64,000 bases of DNA from Chthoniobacterales bacterium (lineage in GTDB: Bacteria; Verrucomicrobiota; Verrucomicrobiia; Chthoniobacterales; UBA10450). The notes below the pieces were generated by a model. That model saw only the letters and a program-made list of their open reading frames with translations, was not told the DNA's origin and did not search any database. The stretch is taken from positions 30,514-94,513 of the forward strand of contig JBBROO010000005.1 of NCBI GenBank assembly GCA_038229295.1, written 5' to 3'. Position numbers and translations under genes: made by a program. This document shows positions 47,425 through 56,980 of the stretch, in pieces. Positions within the stretch are counted from its first letter, which is position 1. Every line of letters begins with the position of its first letter.

Positions 47425-49143
47425 GCGGCCGGGCGGGCGCTTCGCTTCAGCCAGTTCGATCTCATCCGCTTTCGGCGCCGGAGCCGGGGCGGGCGATTCG
47501 TCGATCCGCACTAGCTGCACACCGAGATCGCCAATCTTGCTTAAACTTAACCCGGCAAACTGCGGCACGACTTCACTCATCTGCCGAAAAACATCTTCGA
47601 TGGAATAAATGCCGTTGCTTCCGGTGATCGCTTGGTGGAGATCGCGCAAGATTTCCCAATCGTCGCGCGCTTGTCCCGGCGGCCGCACCGCGCGATTCAA
47701 TCTTTGCAATCGCCCATCGCCGTTAATCATCGATCCGCGTTTCTCGGCAAATGCGCTCGAAGGCAAAACGCATGTGGCCAGATCCGTCGACTCGTTAGCC
47801 AAGATCGACATGTTGATGAAGGCTGGAAGGTTTTGGATTTGTTCGAGGTTAAATCCGCATTCGAGTGGATTTTCGCCAAGAGCGATGAGCGCCTGCACTT
47901 GACCCGACTTCATCGCTTCGGCCATGGCGGCGAGTTTCGCGCCGGGCATTTCCGTTAGGCCGAGCAATCGCGCGCCGTTGGTATTCGGGTTTCGATCTTC
48001 ACTTAGCAGAATGTCATCGCCCGGTCCGCGCCGCGGCACGATGTCGATCCACTGCACTCCGAGCGATTTGGCGATTTGGGAGGTGAGCCACATCTCCTCG
48101 TTCGTCATTCGGCCGGAGGCGAGGATAGCGGTGTTCCAGCCGGAAAAATGTTTCAACTGTAATGCCGCATGCGCGATCGCCGTTTTCCAATCAGCCGGAA
48201 CCAGTTTGTTGTTCTGGAAAATTCGCGGCTCGAGCAAACGCTTGTCCGATTCGACGTAATCGAAATTCAAACGTCCGTAGTCGCACATCCAACATGAATT
48301 GACGGCTTCATTTTCGCGCGGCGTCTGCCGATAGATTACATCCTCGCGCGTGCCGATGAGCGTGTTGCAACCGGTCGCGCAACTCGTGCAAAAGCTTTTC
48401 GTCTCTTTCAAAAACCAAACGCGCATTTTGAATCGGAAATCGGTCGAGGTAAGCGCGCCGACCGGACAGATGTCGACGGTGTTGAGCGAGTAATTATTTT
48501 CCAGACGCTTGCCCGGATGCGCAGTCAATACGGTGTGACTTCCACGATCGACAAAACCGAGGACATCGTCCTGCGCGATTTCCTGGCAGAACCGAATGCA
48601 GCGCGAGCAAAGAATGCAGCGTTCGTCATCGAGCGTGACGCGCGGTCCGAGCTCGACGTTTTTCGGCTTCTTCACTTTATTCTCGAGAAATCGCGAGGCC
48701 TGATTTCCGTACTCGACGCTGAATTCCTGCAATCGACATTCGCCGGCCTGGTCGCAGATCGGGCAATCGAGCGGATGATTGATGAGCAGAAATTCCATCA
48801 CGCCGCGCTGACATTCCTTCACCAGCGGGGAATTTGTGCGCACGGCCATGCCGTCGGCGATGTCTTGCGCGCAGGAAATTTGCGGACGCGGCATCCAATT
48901 GATCACCGGCCTGCCGTCGGCGCCGAGTTCCGGTTTGCGATCCGGCCCGAGGCGCGGCATTCCCATCTCGATCAAACACATTCGGCAATTGCCGGGTGAG
49001 CTGAGTTTTTTGTGATAGCAATAGCGCGGGACATAACTGCCGGCTTGCTCGCAGGCTTCGATGAGACGCGTGCCTCTCGGAAACTGATGCCACACGCCGT
49101 CGATCTGGACGTTGAGCAATGGAGCCGGCGGTTCGTTAGGCAT
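47422..49143 (-). CDS. nuoG: NADH-quinone oxidoreductase subunit G
   Basis: Start trimmed to MPNEPPAP (tracked ORF starts inside the hairpin repeat); 2Fe-2S CYHKKLSSPGNCRMC, HPLDCPICDQAGEC, CILCSRCIRFC clusters. Confidence 0.9.
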   Translation of the reverse strand: MPNEPPAPLLNVQIDGVWHQFPRGTRLIEACEQAGSYVPRYCYHKKLSSPGNCRMCLIEMGMPRLGPDRKPELGADGRPVINWMPRPQISCAQDIADGMAVRTNSPLVKECQRGVMEFLLINHPLDCPICDQAGECRLQEFSVEYGNQASRFLENKVKKPKNVELGPRVTLDDERCILCSRCIRFCQEIAQDDVLGFVDRGSHTVLTAHPGKRLENNYSLNTVDICPVGALTSTDFRFKMRVWFLKETKSFCTSCATGCNTLIGTREDVIYRQTPRENEAVNSCWMCDYGRLNFDYVESDKRLLEPRIFQNNKLVPADWKTAIAHAALQLKHFSGWNTAILASGRMTNEEMWLTSQIAKSLGVQWIDIVPRRGPGDDILLSEDRNPNTNGARLLGLTEMPGAKLAAMAEAMKSGQVQALIALGENPLECGFNLEQIQNLPAFINMSILANESTDLATCVLPSSAFAEKRGSMINGDGRLQRLNRAVRPPGQARDDWEILRDLHQAITGSNGIYSIEDVFRQMSEVVPQFAGLSLSKIGDLGVQLVRIDESPAPAPAPKADEIELAEAKRPPGR

Positions 49144-49175
49144 GATCAAATCGTGCGCGCCATTGAAGACGGCAG

Positions 49176-49267
49176 CAAACGTCCAACGCTCAACGTCCAA
49201 CGCTCAACGTCCAATGCAGAACTCTGAATTGAGCGTTGAACGTTGAGCGTTGAGCGTTGGGCGTTTG
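49176..49267. repeat. heptamer-array hairpin repeat between nuoEF and nuoG
   Basis: left arm (CAACGYY)n CAAACGTCCAACGCTCAACGTCCAACGCTCAACGTCCAA, loop containing TCTGAAT, right arm is its near-perfect complement (GAGCGTT)n. Confidence 0.8.
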
Positions 49268-49279
49268 CAGCTTCCATCC

Positions 49280-51268
49280 TTAAATCGTTCCGGCTGCGCC
49301 CGCTTTTTCCCAACCTGGGTCGCGCGCCAGCGGCCTAACGGGGATTTGTTGTTCTTCGATCAATTCTTCCGGAGTGATTTCCGGCGGTAACGGCGGCGGA
49401 TTCGGTTTCAACGCGCGCGCGGAAAATTCCTCCGGGAACTTCTCGACGAAACTTTGCGTCGGCCATGCGCACGCTTCTCCGAAGGCGCAAATGGTCCGTC
49501 CGGCAATGTTATCTCCGATCGTTTTCAACGTGCGCGGATCTTCGGTGACGCCGCCGCCTAACAACATCCGATCAGTAATCTTTTTCATCCACAACGAACC
49601 TTCGCGGCAGGGCGTGCACTGACCGCACGACTCATGCGCGTAGAATTCATTGATGTTGTTCAGCGTCCAAACCATGTCGCGCGAATCATCCAACACGATC
49701 ACGCCGCCGGAGCCGGCCATCGAACCAGCCGCGGCTAACGAATCGAAATCCATCGGAATTTCCTCGATCGACATCTCGCGTTCGATTGTCGATCCATCCG
49801 CTTGTCGATCTTTCATTTTGAAGCGCTCATCCGCACGCAAGACTTTGGCCGAGCTGCCGCCGGGGATAACCGCCTTCAATCGCCGCCCAAATTTCAAACC
49901 GCCCGCCATCTCGAAGATGAGCTGACCTAACGTGACTGCGCCCACTTCGATTTCGAAATACCCCGGTTGTTGCACGTCGCCGCTGACGCAAACAATGCGT
50001 GTGCCGGTGTTGTTAGGCCGACCCAGCCGCGAGTATTGCGCTCCGCCCATCGCGATGATGTGCTTCACATGACAAAGCGTTTCGACGTTGTTCACGATGG
50101 TCGGACACATGTAGAGCCCGAGCACGGCTGGAAAATAAGGCGGCTTGATGCGCGGATACGCGCGCTTGCCTTCGAGCGATTCGATCAATCCCGTTTCTTC
50201 ACCGCAGATGTAAGCGCCCGCGCCGCGGTGAATGTAAACTTCGACATCGAATCCCGAGCCGAGGACGTCTTTGCCGACGAAATTTTGCTCGCGCGCTTCT
50301 TCGATCGCGTTCTCGAGGATCGTTGCGCCCTCCGGAAATTCGCCGCGTATATATATGTACGCCGTCTTGGCGTTGAGGGCGAAGCACGAGATCAGGATGC
50401 CCTCGAGCACTTGGTGCGGATCTTCGTGAATAATGTAGCGATCTTTGAAAGTCCCCGGCTCTGATTCGTCCGCGTTGCAAATCAAATAGACCGGCTTCTT
50501 TTCGTCCGGCTTGATGAAACTCCATTTCACGCCGCACGGAAAACCGGCGCCGCCGCGTCCGCGCAGACCGGACGTCTTCACTTCATTCACGATATCGGCG
50601 CGCGACATCGTCACCGCTTTCTTGAGTTGCTCGTAACCGCCGTCGGCGATGTAAGTGTCGATGTCGATCTTCCAATCGGCGCGTCCGATGTTTTTGAAAA
50701 TCAAACGATGCTCGAGAGGGTGCGGCGATTTTGGATCTTGGATTTTGGATTTTGGTTTTGCCAGAAGATCGACAACTGCATTCGCGTCGACGTTTTCGTG
50801 CAATTCATCCCCGACCATGCAAACCGGCGCGGTCCCGCAACTCGCGAGACACTCGACAAACTCAATGCTGTATTTTCCGTCGTCACTTACCCGAATCGGA
50901 TTGTGCATGCCGGTGTCGTGACGGTTGAGGTCGATGTTGCAAGCGGCGGCGACCGCGTCGCGCACCTGATAACTTCCCGCCATCGCGCAGCTCAACGTTC
51001 GACAAACGCGAATGTGTTTTCGGCCGATCGCCGCCTGCCGATACATCGGATAGAACGTGACCAGCTCGAGAATATTGATCGGTTGCAGCCTGAGTTTGGC
51101 CGCGATGAAATTCACGCCGTCATCGCTAATGAATCCGAAATGTTCCTGCCACAAATGCAGCAGCGGCATCGCGGCGCTCCGTTGTCGATCTTGCGGATAA
51201 CGCGCGATCGCCGCCTGCATCTTCCGCTCTAACTCGGCGGGAACGCGTGTGCTCGTCGAGTCCACCAA
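49280..51268 (-). CDS. nuoF: fused NADH-quinone oxidoreductase subunits E and F
   Basis: 662 aa single ORF: N-terminal NuoE 2Fe-2S thioredoxin-like part ([23 protein letters not shown]) then NuoF ([25 protein letters not shown]). Confidence 0.9.
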   Translation of the reverse strand: MVDSTSTRVPAELERKMQAAIARYPQDRQRSAAMPLLHLWQEHFGFISDDGVNFIAAKLRLQPINILELVTFYPMYRQAAIGRKHIRVCRTLSCAMAGSYQVRDAVAAACNIDLNRHDTGMHNPIRVSDDGKYSIEFVECLASCGTAPVCMVGDELHENVDANAVVDLLAKPKSKIQDPKSPHPLEHRLIFKNIGRADWKIDIDTYIADGGYEQLKKAVTMSRADIVNEVKTSGLRGRGGAGFPCGVKWSFIKPDEKKPVYLICNADESEPGTFKDRYIIHEDPHQVLEGILISCFALNAKTAYIYIRGEFPEGATILENAIEEAREQNFVGKDVLGSGFDVEVYIHRGAGAYICGEETGLIESLEGKRAYPRIKPPYFPAVLGLYMCPTIVNNVETLCHVKHIIAMGGAQYSRLGRPNNTGTRIVCVSGDVQQPGYFEIEVGAVTLGQLIFEMAGGLKFGRRLKAVIPGGSSAKVLRADERFKMKDRQADGSTIEREMSIEEIPMDFDSLAAAGSMAGSGGVIVLDDSRDMVWTLNNINEFYAHESCGQCTPCREGSLWMKKITDRMLLGGGVTEDPRTLKTIGDNIAGRTICAFGEACAWPTQSFVEKFPEEFSARALKPNPPPLPPEITPEELIEEQQIPVRPLARDPGWEKAGAAGTI

Positions 51269-51277
51269 GGCGAAAAG

Positions 51278-51568
51278 CTATTCCGAGAGCGTGCTCTCTT
51301 TCGATTGCAGTTTGTCGTCTTTGAAAACGATCGTCACCGTCTCTTTGCCCTGCCGATAAACGTAGGTCGTTTTCTTCATGACGATGAAATCCTTGTTGTC
51401 GATGGAAGTGGGCGGGCCAAGAATCGATTCCACCTGCTTCTTCGACATGTTCTCCGTGATTTGATCGACGTTCGCTTTGGTGATGCGGCGTTCACTGCAT
51501 GATACGCCGAGCACGATTACGAGCACCAGCGTGAGTCGCGAAATGAATCGTAAGATCGACATGTTCAT
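51278..51568 (-). CDS. small lipoprotein (BamE/SmpA-OmlA-like) embedded in the nuo operon
   Basis: 96 aa, MNMSILRFISRLTLVLVIVLGVSC signal peptide with Cys, MSKKQVESILGPP block; ATGA overlap with nuoD stop. Confidence 0.55.
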   Translation of the reverse strand: MNMSILRFISRLTLVLVIVLGVSCSERRITKANVDQITENMSKKQVESILGPPTSIDNKDFIVMKKTTYVYRQGKETVTIVFKDDKLQSKESTLSE

Positions 51569-52899
51569 CTGTCGCATTCTCCCATGACGAAGTCCAGACT
51601 TCCGAGGACTGCCGGCACATCGCTGATCATGCAACCGGGGAGCAGTTCCGGCAATATGCTGAGATTCACAAACGACGGCGCGCGAATCTTCAACCGATGC
51701 GGCACACCGCCGCCTTTGCTGTTGATGTAGAAGCCGAGCTCGCCTTTCGGATTTTCGGCTGCGAAATAAATTTCTCCCGGCGGCGCCTTCAATCCTTCGG
51801 TCACGACAATGAAATGGTGGATGAGCTCTTCCATTTTCGTCATGACGTGCGATTTCGGCGGCGTCATGTTTTTCCAATCGACCACGTTGATGGGTCCGTT
51901 AGGCATTTTGTCGATGACCTGCCGCAAAATTTCCGCGCTCTCGCGCATCTCCTGCATGCGCACGAGGTAACGATCGTAACAATCGCCCGCGCTGCCGACG
52001 ACGACGTCGAAATCGTATTGCTCGTAGTCGAGATACGGATGTTTGCGTCGCAGATCGTGATCGACGCCGCTGCCGCGCAGATTCGGACCTGATAGCGCGT
52101 AGGCAATCGCGCGGTCTTTCGTGATGACGCCGACGTCTTTCGTGCGATCGACAAAGATGCGATTGCGCGTCAGCAATTTATCGCACTCATCCAGCGCCGG
52201 TGTGAATTGATCGAGAAATTCGCGCAAGATCGACATGAAGTTGTCCGGCAGATCGCGAATTTGTCCGCCGACACGCGTGTACGAAGTCGTGAAACGCGCG
52301 CCGGTCAAAAGCTCCGAGAGATCGTAAATCTTTTCGCGTTGCGTAAACGAATAAAGAAAGACGGTCATCGCGCCGAGATCGAGCGCCATCGCGCCGAGTC
52401 CCATGAGATGCGACGAGATGCGCGAAAGCTCGCAGCAAAGAACGCGGATCGCTTTGCCGCGCGGCGGAATTTCCCAGTCCATCAATTTCTCGACCGCGAG
52501 CGCGTAGGCGACATTGTTCGCCAGTGGCGCGAGATAATCGAGCCGGTCCGTGTAGGGAACGAACTGATTGTATTGCATGTTCTCGGCGATCTTCTCGTCG
52601 CCGCGATGCAGGAATCCAATATCGGGCGTCGCTTTCGTAATAATCTCGCCATCGAGTTCGAGCACGAGTCGCAATACGCCGTGCGTCGCGGGATGCGACG
52701 GCCCCATGTTGAGCACCATCTTCTCGCCAATATCCGCGTCGTTATGCAACGCCGCGTCGGCCGCGACGACTCGCGTCACCGGATCGGGCGATTCAATTTC
52801 GCGAACAGTAAATGCCATAAGATCGACAATCGCGGGTACGCTCGCGAGTGAGTCAGAGGGCGCAAGCGCAATTTTGGTCTTTGAAAGACGCGTTCGCAT
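51565..52899 (-). CDS. nuoD: NADH-quinone oxidoreductase subunit D
   Basis: LNMGPSHPATHGVLRL near the N-terminus, C-terminal LDFVMGECDR; start may be MAFTVRE at 52818. Confidence 0.9.
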   Translation of the reverse strand: MRTRLSKTKIALAPSDSLASVPAIVDLMAFTVREIESPDPVTRVVAADAALHNDADIGEKMVLNMGPSHPATHGVLRLVLELDGEIITKATPDIGFLHRGDEKIAENMQYNQFVPYTDRLDYLAPLANNVAYALAVEKLMDWEIPPRGKAIRVLCCELSRISSHLMGLGAMALDLGAMTVFLYSFTQREKIYDLSELLTGARFTTSYTRVGGQIRDLPDNFMSILREFLDQFTPALDECDKLLTRNRIFVDRTKDVGVITKDRAIAYALSGPNLRGSGVDHDLRRKHPYLDYEQYDFDVVVGSAGDCYDRYLVRMQEMRESAEILRQVIDKMPNGPINVVDWKNMTPPKSHVMTKMEELIHHFIVVTEGLKAPPGEIYFAAENPKGELGFYINSKGGGVPHRLKIRAPSFVNLSILPELLPGCMISDVPAVLGSLDFVMGECDR

Positions 52900-52915
52900 T
52901 GCTCATCATGATCTA

Positions 52916-53851
52916 ATGAAAAAGATCGCGTTGCTATTTGCCGGGCAAGGTGCGCAGGCCGTCGGGATGGGGCGCGATCTGGCGGAACAATTTCCCGCGG
53001 CCGCGGATTTGTTTCGGAGCGCGGACCAGATTCTGGGACGCAATCTCAGCGAGATCGTGTGGAAGGGGCCGATCGACGAACTGACGAAGACTTCGAATTG
53101 TCAGCCGGCGTTGTTTGTTCATGGGCTGGCCTGCTTGTCGATCTTGCGCGAGCTGGCCGGCGATTTTGTGATTGAAGGCGCGGCTGGGTTGTCGTTAGGG
53201 GAACTGACGGCGCATGCCGCCGCCGGCACTTTCGATTTCGTGAGCGGGCTCAAGTTGGTGCAGAAACGCGGCGAATTGATGGAGGAAGCGTGCGCGGCAA
53301 CTCAAGGCGGAATGGCGGCGATGATTGGTGCAGACGAAACTGTCGTTAGGCAATTAGCTGCGGATGAAGATGTCGATGTTGCCAACGTCAACGCGCCCGG
53401 GCAAATCGTCATCTCGGGTGAACTGGCGAAAGTAGAAGCGGCCGTCGGCGTGGCGAAGGAATACAACATTCGTCGCGCCACTTTGCTGAATGTGGCCGGT
53501 GCGTATCATTCGCGTCTGATGGAGAGCGCGTATGAAGGATTTGGACCGGCGCTGCTCGATGTGCAGATGGAATTGCCGAAATTCGCGGTCGTCAGCAATG
53601 TGACTGGCGAAGAAGTGGACACGCTGCCAGAAATTCGGCGCACGTTGCAGGAACAAGTGACCAGCACGGTGCGTTGGGTTGATTGCATGGAGCGATTGCT
53701 CGCGCGCGGATGCGATTTGTTTCTCGAGCTCGGCCCGGGCGGAGTGCTTGCCGGTTTGTTGAAACGCACACGTAAAGATGTCGATGTTATTTCGGTTAGC
53801 GATGTTGTATCGATTCGAAGCGCGGCCGAGCGCATTCGCGCTTCGACTTAA
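52916..53851 (+). CDS. fabD: malonyl-CoA:ACP transacylase
   Basis: Start trimmed to MKKIALLFAGQGAQ; active-site GLSLGE block, 311 aa. Confidence 0.9.
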   Translation: MKKIALLFAGQGAQAVGMGRDLAEQFPAAADLFRSADQILGRNLSEIVWKGPIDELTKTSNCQPALFVHGLACLSILRELAGDFVIEGAAGLSLGELTAHAAAGTFDFVSGLKLVQKRGELMEEACAATQGGMAAMIGADETVVRQLAADEDVDVANVNAPGQIVISGELAKVEAAVGVAKEYNIRRATLLNVAGAYHSRLMESAYEGFGPALLDVQMELPKFAVVSNVTGEEVDTLPEIRRTLQEQVTSTVRWVDCMERLLARGCDLFLELGPGGVLAGLLKRTRKDVDVISVSDVVSIRSAAERIRAST

Positions 53852-53876
53852 TGTGAGGTTGCCTTAGTTTTCGTTT

Positions 53877-54329
53877 ATGACATTGCCGGAACGGATCGAT
53901 TCGGATTTGAAGGAAGCTATGCGCGCTAAGGCGGCGCAGAAGCTGAGCGTTTTACGCATGCTCAAAGCCGCGCTCAAGAACGCCGCCATCGAGAAGTCCG
54001 GTGCCGATGCGGAGATGAGCGACGCCGATGTCACCCAGGTCATCCGCAAACAGGTGAAGCAGCGTCAGGATTCGATCGAGAGTTTTGAAAAAGGCGGGCG
54101 TGCCGAACTGGCGGCGAAGGAGAAAGAGGAACTGTCGATCTTGCAATCGTATCTGCCGCAGCAGATGGGCGCCGAAGAAATCGCCGACCTTGTGCGGCAA
54201 ACTATTTCCCTAACGAACGCATCATCCAAGGCGCAGATGGGCATCGTCATGAAAGCGGTGCAGGAGAAAGCCGCGGGACGGGTGGATGGGAAGACATTGA
54301 GTCAGGAGGTCCAGCGACAGCTTTCATGA
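53877..54329 (+). CDS. GatB/YqeY domain protein
   Basis: 150 aa, IDSDLKEAMRAKA...LSVLRMLKAALKN typical YqeY N-terminus. Confidence 0.8.
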   Translation: MTLPERIDSDLKEAMRAKAAQKLSVLRMLKAALKNAAIEKSGADAEMSDADVTQVIRKQVKQRQDSIESFEKGGRAELAAKEKEELSILQSYLPQQMGAEEIADLVRQTISLTNASSKAQMGIVMKAVQEKAAGRVDGKTLSQEVQRQLS

Positions 54330-54330
54330 A

Positions 54331-54425
54331 GAAAACGTTCAACGTTCAACGTTCAACGTTTAACGTCGAACGACTACATTCTGAATTGAACGTTGAGCGT
54401 TGGACGTTGAGCGTTGGGCGTTTTC
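54331..54425. repeat. heptamer-array hairpin repeat between yqeY-like gene and ispD
   Basis: GAAAACGTTCAACGTTCAACGTTCAACGTTTAACGTCGAACG, loop with TCTGAAT, TGAACGTTGAGCGTTGGACGTTGAGCGTTGGGCGTTTTC. Confidence 0.8.
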
Positions 54426-54435
54426 TGTTCTTCTG

Positions 54436-55122
54436 ATGTTGACCGCGATCATCGTTGCGGCCGGCAGCAGCCGTCGCATGGGCTTCGACAAACTTTTTGC
54501 GCCGCTCCTCGGCAAACCGGTGCTCGCGCACACGCTCGATGCTTTCGAGAGCGCGAATTCAGTGGACGAGATTCTGATCGTCGCGCGTGAAGATCGACAT
54601 GGTGAAATCGAAAAGCTGGTGCGCGATCAAGCGTGGAAGAAAATTCGAGCTGTCGTTAGGGGCGGAGAGCAGCGACAGGACTCGGTGCGAGCCGGTTTGC
54701 AAAGCTTGACCGAAAGGACGCATTACGTGGCTGTGCACGACGCGGCTCGACCGCTCGTCACTCCCGAACAAATCGAGCGCGTCTTCGAGCAAGCGCAGGT
54801 GGATGGCGCGGCCGCGCTCGCCGAAGCGGTGAGTGACACGTTGAAAAGAGCAGATGTCGATCTTGTCGTGACCGAGTCGGTAGATCGACATCAACTTTTC
54901 GCGATGCAGACGCCGCAGATTTTCGAGCGCGAGTTAATCGACGAAGCGTATCGCGCGGTGGCGACCGAAAAACTAAACGTCACCGATGAGGTGTCGGCGT
55001 TGCAACATATCGGTCGGCAAGTCGGACTCGTGCCTAACGAAGATTGCAACTTCAAAATAACTTACGAGCGCGACCTGAAATTGGCCGAGCTAGTCCTGCG
55101 CGAGCGGCAGGAACGCCGCTAA
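54436..55122 (+). CDS. ispD: 2-C-methyl-D-erythritol 4-phosphate cytidylyltransferase
   Basis: Start trimmed to MLTAIIVAAGSSRRMG (tracked ORF starts in the repeat); TAA stop fused to an AAGATCGACA word. Confidence 0.85.
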   Translation: MLTAIIVAAGSSRRMGFDKLFAPLLGKPVLAHTLDAFESANSVDEILIVAREDRHGEIEKLVRDQAWKKIRAVVRGGEQRQDSVRAGLQSLTERTHYVAVHDAARPLVTPEQIERVFEQAQVDGAAALAEAVSDTLKRADVDLVVTESVDRHQLFAMQTPQIFERELIDEAYRAVATEKLNVTDEVSALQHIGRQVGLVPNEDCNFKITYERDLKLAELVLRERQERR

Positions 55123-55131
55123 GATCGACAT

Positions 55132-56112
55132 CTATACCAGCATCGGATCGACCGGAACGAGCGGGCGAATGAGTTCGGCGATGGCGGGGATGTGTTTCAA
55201 TTTGAAGCGGCCGCCTTTTTTTAATTTCGTGGTTTCGAGTTCGCTGACGCGGAGGAGCTGGCCGTTTTTCCAAATCCATGCGTCGGGATTGTAGGGACCG
55301 ACGCGGCGCGGATCGGTCCAGATGTGGATCGACAACAGGCGATCGGTCACTGCCGCGGCGATGTGCATCGGTCCGCTGTCGACGCTGATGACGAAACTGG
55401 CGGCGCGAATGAGGCGGATCATTTGCAGCAGCGATGTCTGATTCGTTAGCTCGACGCAATTTTCCAGCGGTTCGATCTTGCGCGTGGATTTCCCGATGAG
55501 CACGACGCGCGTCGGAGCGAAGGCCCGGCAAATTTCTTCGATGATTTTGTTCGAAAGCGATTTGCCGTCGCCGCGCGCGAACGGATGCAAAACGACATAT
55601 GGCGGATACTCGTCGAAGCGCGGGAGTGGATCACCACTCGGGATTGGGCAGCGCAACGCCTCGCCAATCTTTCCGCCGGCGAGCTCGGCCAATTTCAAAT
55701 AACGTTCCACGGCGTGATCGCGCCGAGTCACTTTCGCGGTGCGATGATAAAACAAGCGTGAGCCTTCGCGCCCGTCGCTCATCCCATAAATTTGTTTCGC
55801 GCCGCTGGCTTTGGCGATAATGGCGCTACGAAGTAAACCCTGAAAATCGAGCGCGACATCGGGCCGAAGTTGTTTTGTTTGGCGCAGCCAGGAAAGGAAT
55901 CCGGCCGGCGCGCCCAATCCGGTTAATTCGCCGCGCGGGAAAATGTGAACGTGATTGATGTCCTGATTTCCGCGCAGCAGCGGGGCCCACTCCGGATTGA
56001 TGACCCAGGTGATTCGCGCGTGCGGATGCGCGTCGCGAACGGCGGCAACGGCGGGCAATGTGTGGACGACATCGCCTAACGAGCTCGGCTTGATGACAAG
56101 AATGGACTCCAT
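55132..56112 (-). CDS. glycosyltransferase family 9 (LPS heptosyltransferase-like)
   Basis: ILVIKPSSLGDVVHTLPAV N-terminus and C-terminal DSGPMHIAAA block. Confidence 0.8.
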   Translation of the reverse strand: MESILVIKPSSLGDVVHTLPAVAAVRDAHPHARITWVINPEWAPLLRGNQDINHVHIFPRGELTGLGAPAGFLSWLRQTKQLRPDVALDFQGLLRSAIIAKASGAKQIYGMSDGREGSRLFYHRTAKVTRRDHAVERYLKLAELAGGKIGEALRCPIPSGDPLPRFDEYPPYVVLHPFARGDGKSLSNKIIEEICRAFAPTRVVLIGKSTRKIEPLENCVELTNQTSLLQMIRLIRAASFVISVDSGPMHIAAAVTDRLLSIHIWTDPRRVGPYNPDAWIWKNGQLLRVSELETTKLKKGGRFKLKHIPAIAELIRPLVPVDPMLV

Positions 56113-56158
56113 TTCAGCTTCTCAAGATTTCAGCCCTTCCGCGGCGCACTTGTCGATC

Positions 56159-56881
56159 TTATCTTCCAAGCGCGAGCCTCTCCGCGAGTAGGCGCGGCAG
56201 CCCGGCGTCAATGATTTTTTTCTGCGCTACGGGCAAGTCGTATTTCACGCGGCGCTGTTCGACGCACTCGTTGTCGATGTTATAAACGCAATAAGCCGCC
56301 CGCCAATCGCCGTCACGCGGCTGACCGACGCTGCCTACGTTAACGAAATATTTTTTCGCCATCTCGATACGCAACTGCTCGACGCGCACGCGGCGCACGC
56401 CGTCGTCGCGAATAAAAGCCATCGGCACGTGGGTGTGGCCGAAGAAGCAAACAGTCGTGTGTTGGTAGGTAAAACTGGCAGCCGCGTCGAGATTGTTGAG
56501 GACGTAGCCCCATTGTGCCGGCGTATCGAGGGTCGCGTGGACGATGCTGAAATCGCGCACTTGTCTTTGCAATCGCAGATCGCGCAGCCATTCTTTGTCG
56601 TCGTTAGTCAAGTGTTCGCGTGTCCATTCAATGGCGTGCTCGGCCAGTTCGTTAAAGTCGCGCGATGATTCGATGAGCGATGCCTGTTCGTCGTGATTTC
56701 CTTTCACGATCGGGCAATCCATTTCCTGGATGCGGGCGACACATTCGTGCGGGTTGGCGTTGTAGCCGACGACGTCGCCGAGACAAACGAAGTGTGTGCA
56801 TTTTTGTTCGGCGGCGTCGTGCAAAACCGCTTCCAGCGCCTCGAGATTGCCGTGGATGTCGCTGAAAATGGCGATACGCAT
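56159..56881 (-). CDS. metallophosphoesterase (calcineurin-like)
   Basis: MRIAIFSDIHGN, CLGDVVGY, GNHD, GHTH motif series. Confidence 0.8.
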   Translation of the reverse strand: MRIAIFSDIHGNLEALEAVLHDAAEQKCTHFVCLGDVVGYNANPHECVARIQEMDCPIVKGNHDEQASLIESSRDFNELAEHAIEWTREHLTNDDKEWLRDLRLQRQVRDFSIVHATLDTPAQWGYVLNNLDAAASFTYQHTTVCFFGHTHVPMAFIRDDGVRRVRVEQLRIEMAKKYFVNVGSVGQPRDGDWRAAYCVYNIDNECVEQRRVKYDLPVAQKKIIDAGLPRLLAERLALGR

Positions 56882-56980
56882 TACGAACAGGTTTCTGTAG
56901 CGGCCGCCGTCCTCGGCGGCAAAAAATACATGATCGACATATACATATAACTGCCGCTGCGGACAGCGGCCTCTACAGAA

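Noticed and set aside
47422-49200. N-terminal extensions MDVERWTF... (nuoG) and MDVERWAF... (ispD, 54400) and the HPERSEGPH-type extensions of aroE, proC and nadA in the ORF track
   Set aside because: These residues are translations of the intergenic hairpin repeats. Conserved protein sequence and plausible ATG starts begin downstream, so the starts were trimmed.
49176-49267. Heptamer arrays considered as a CRISPR array or simple satellite
   Set aside because: The unit is only 7 nt, there are no spacers, and the two arrays are mutually complementary arms of one hairpin. No cas genes are present in the window.
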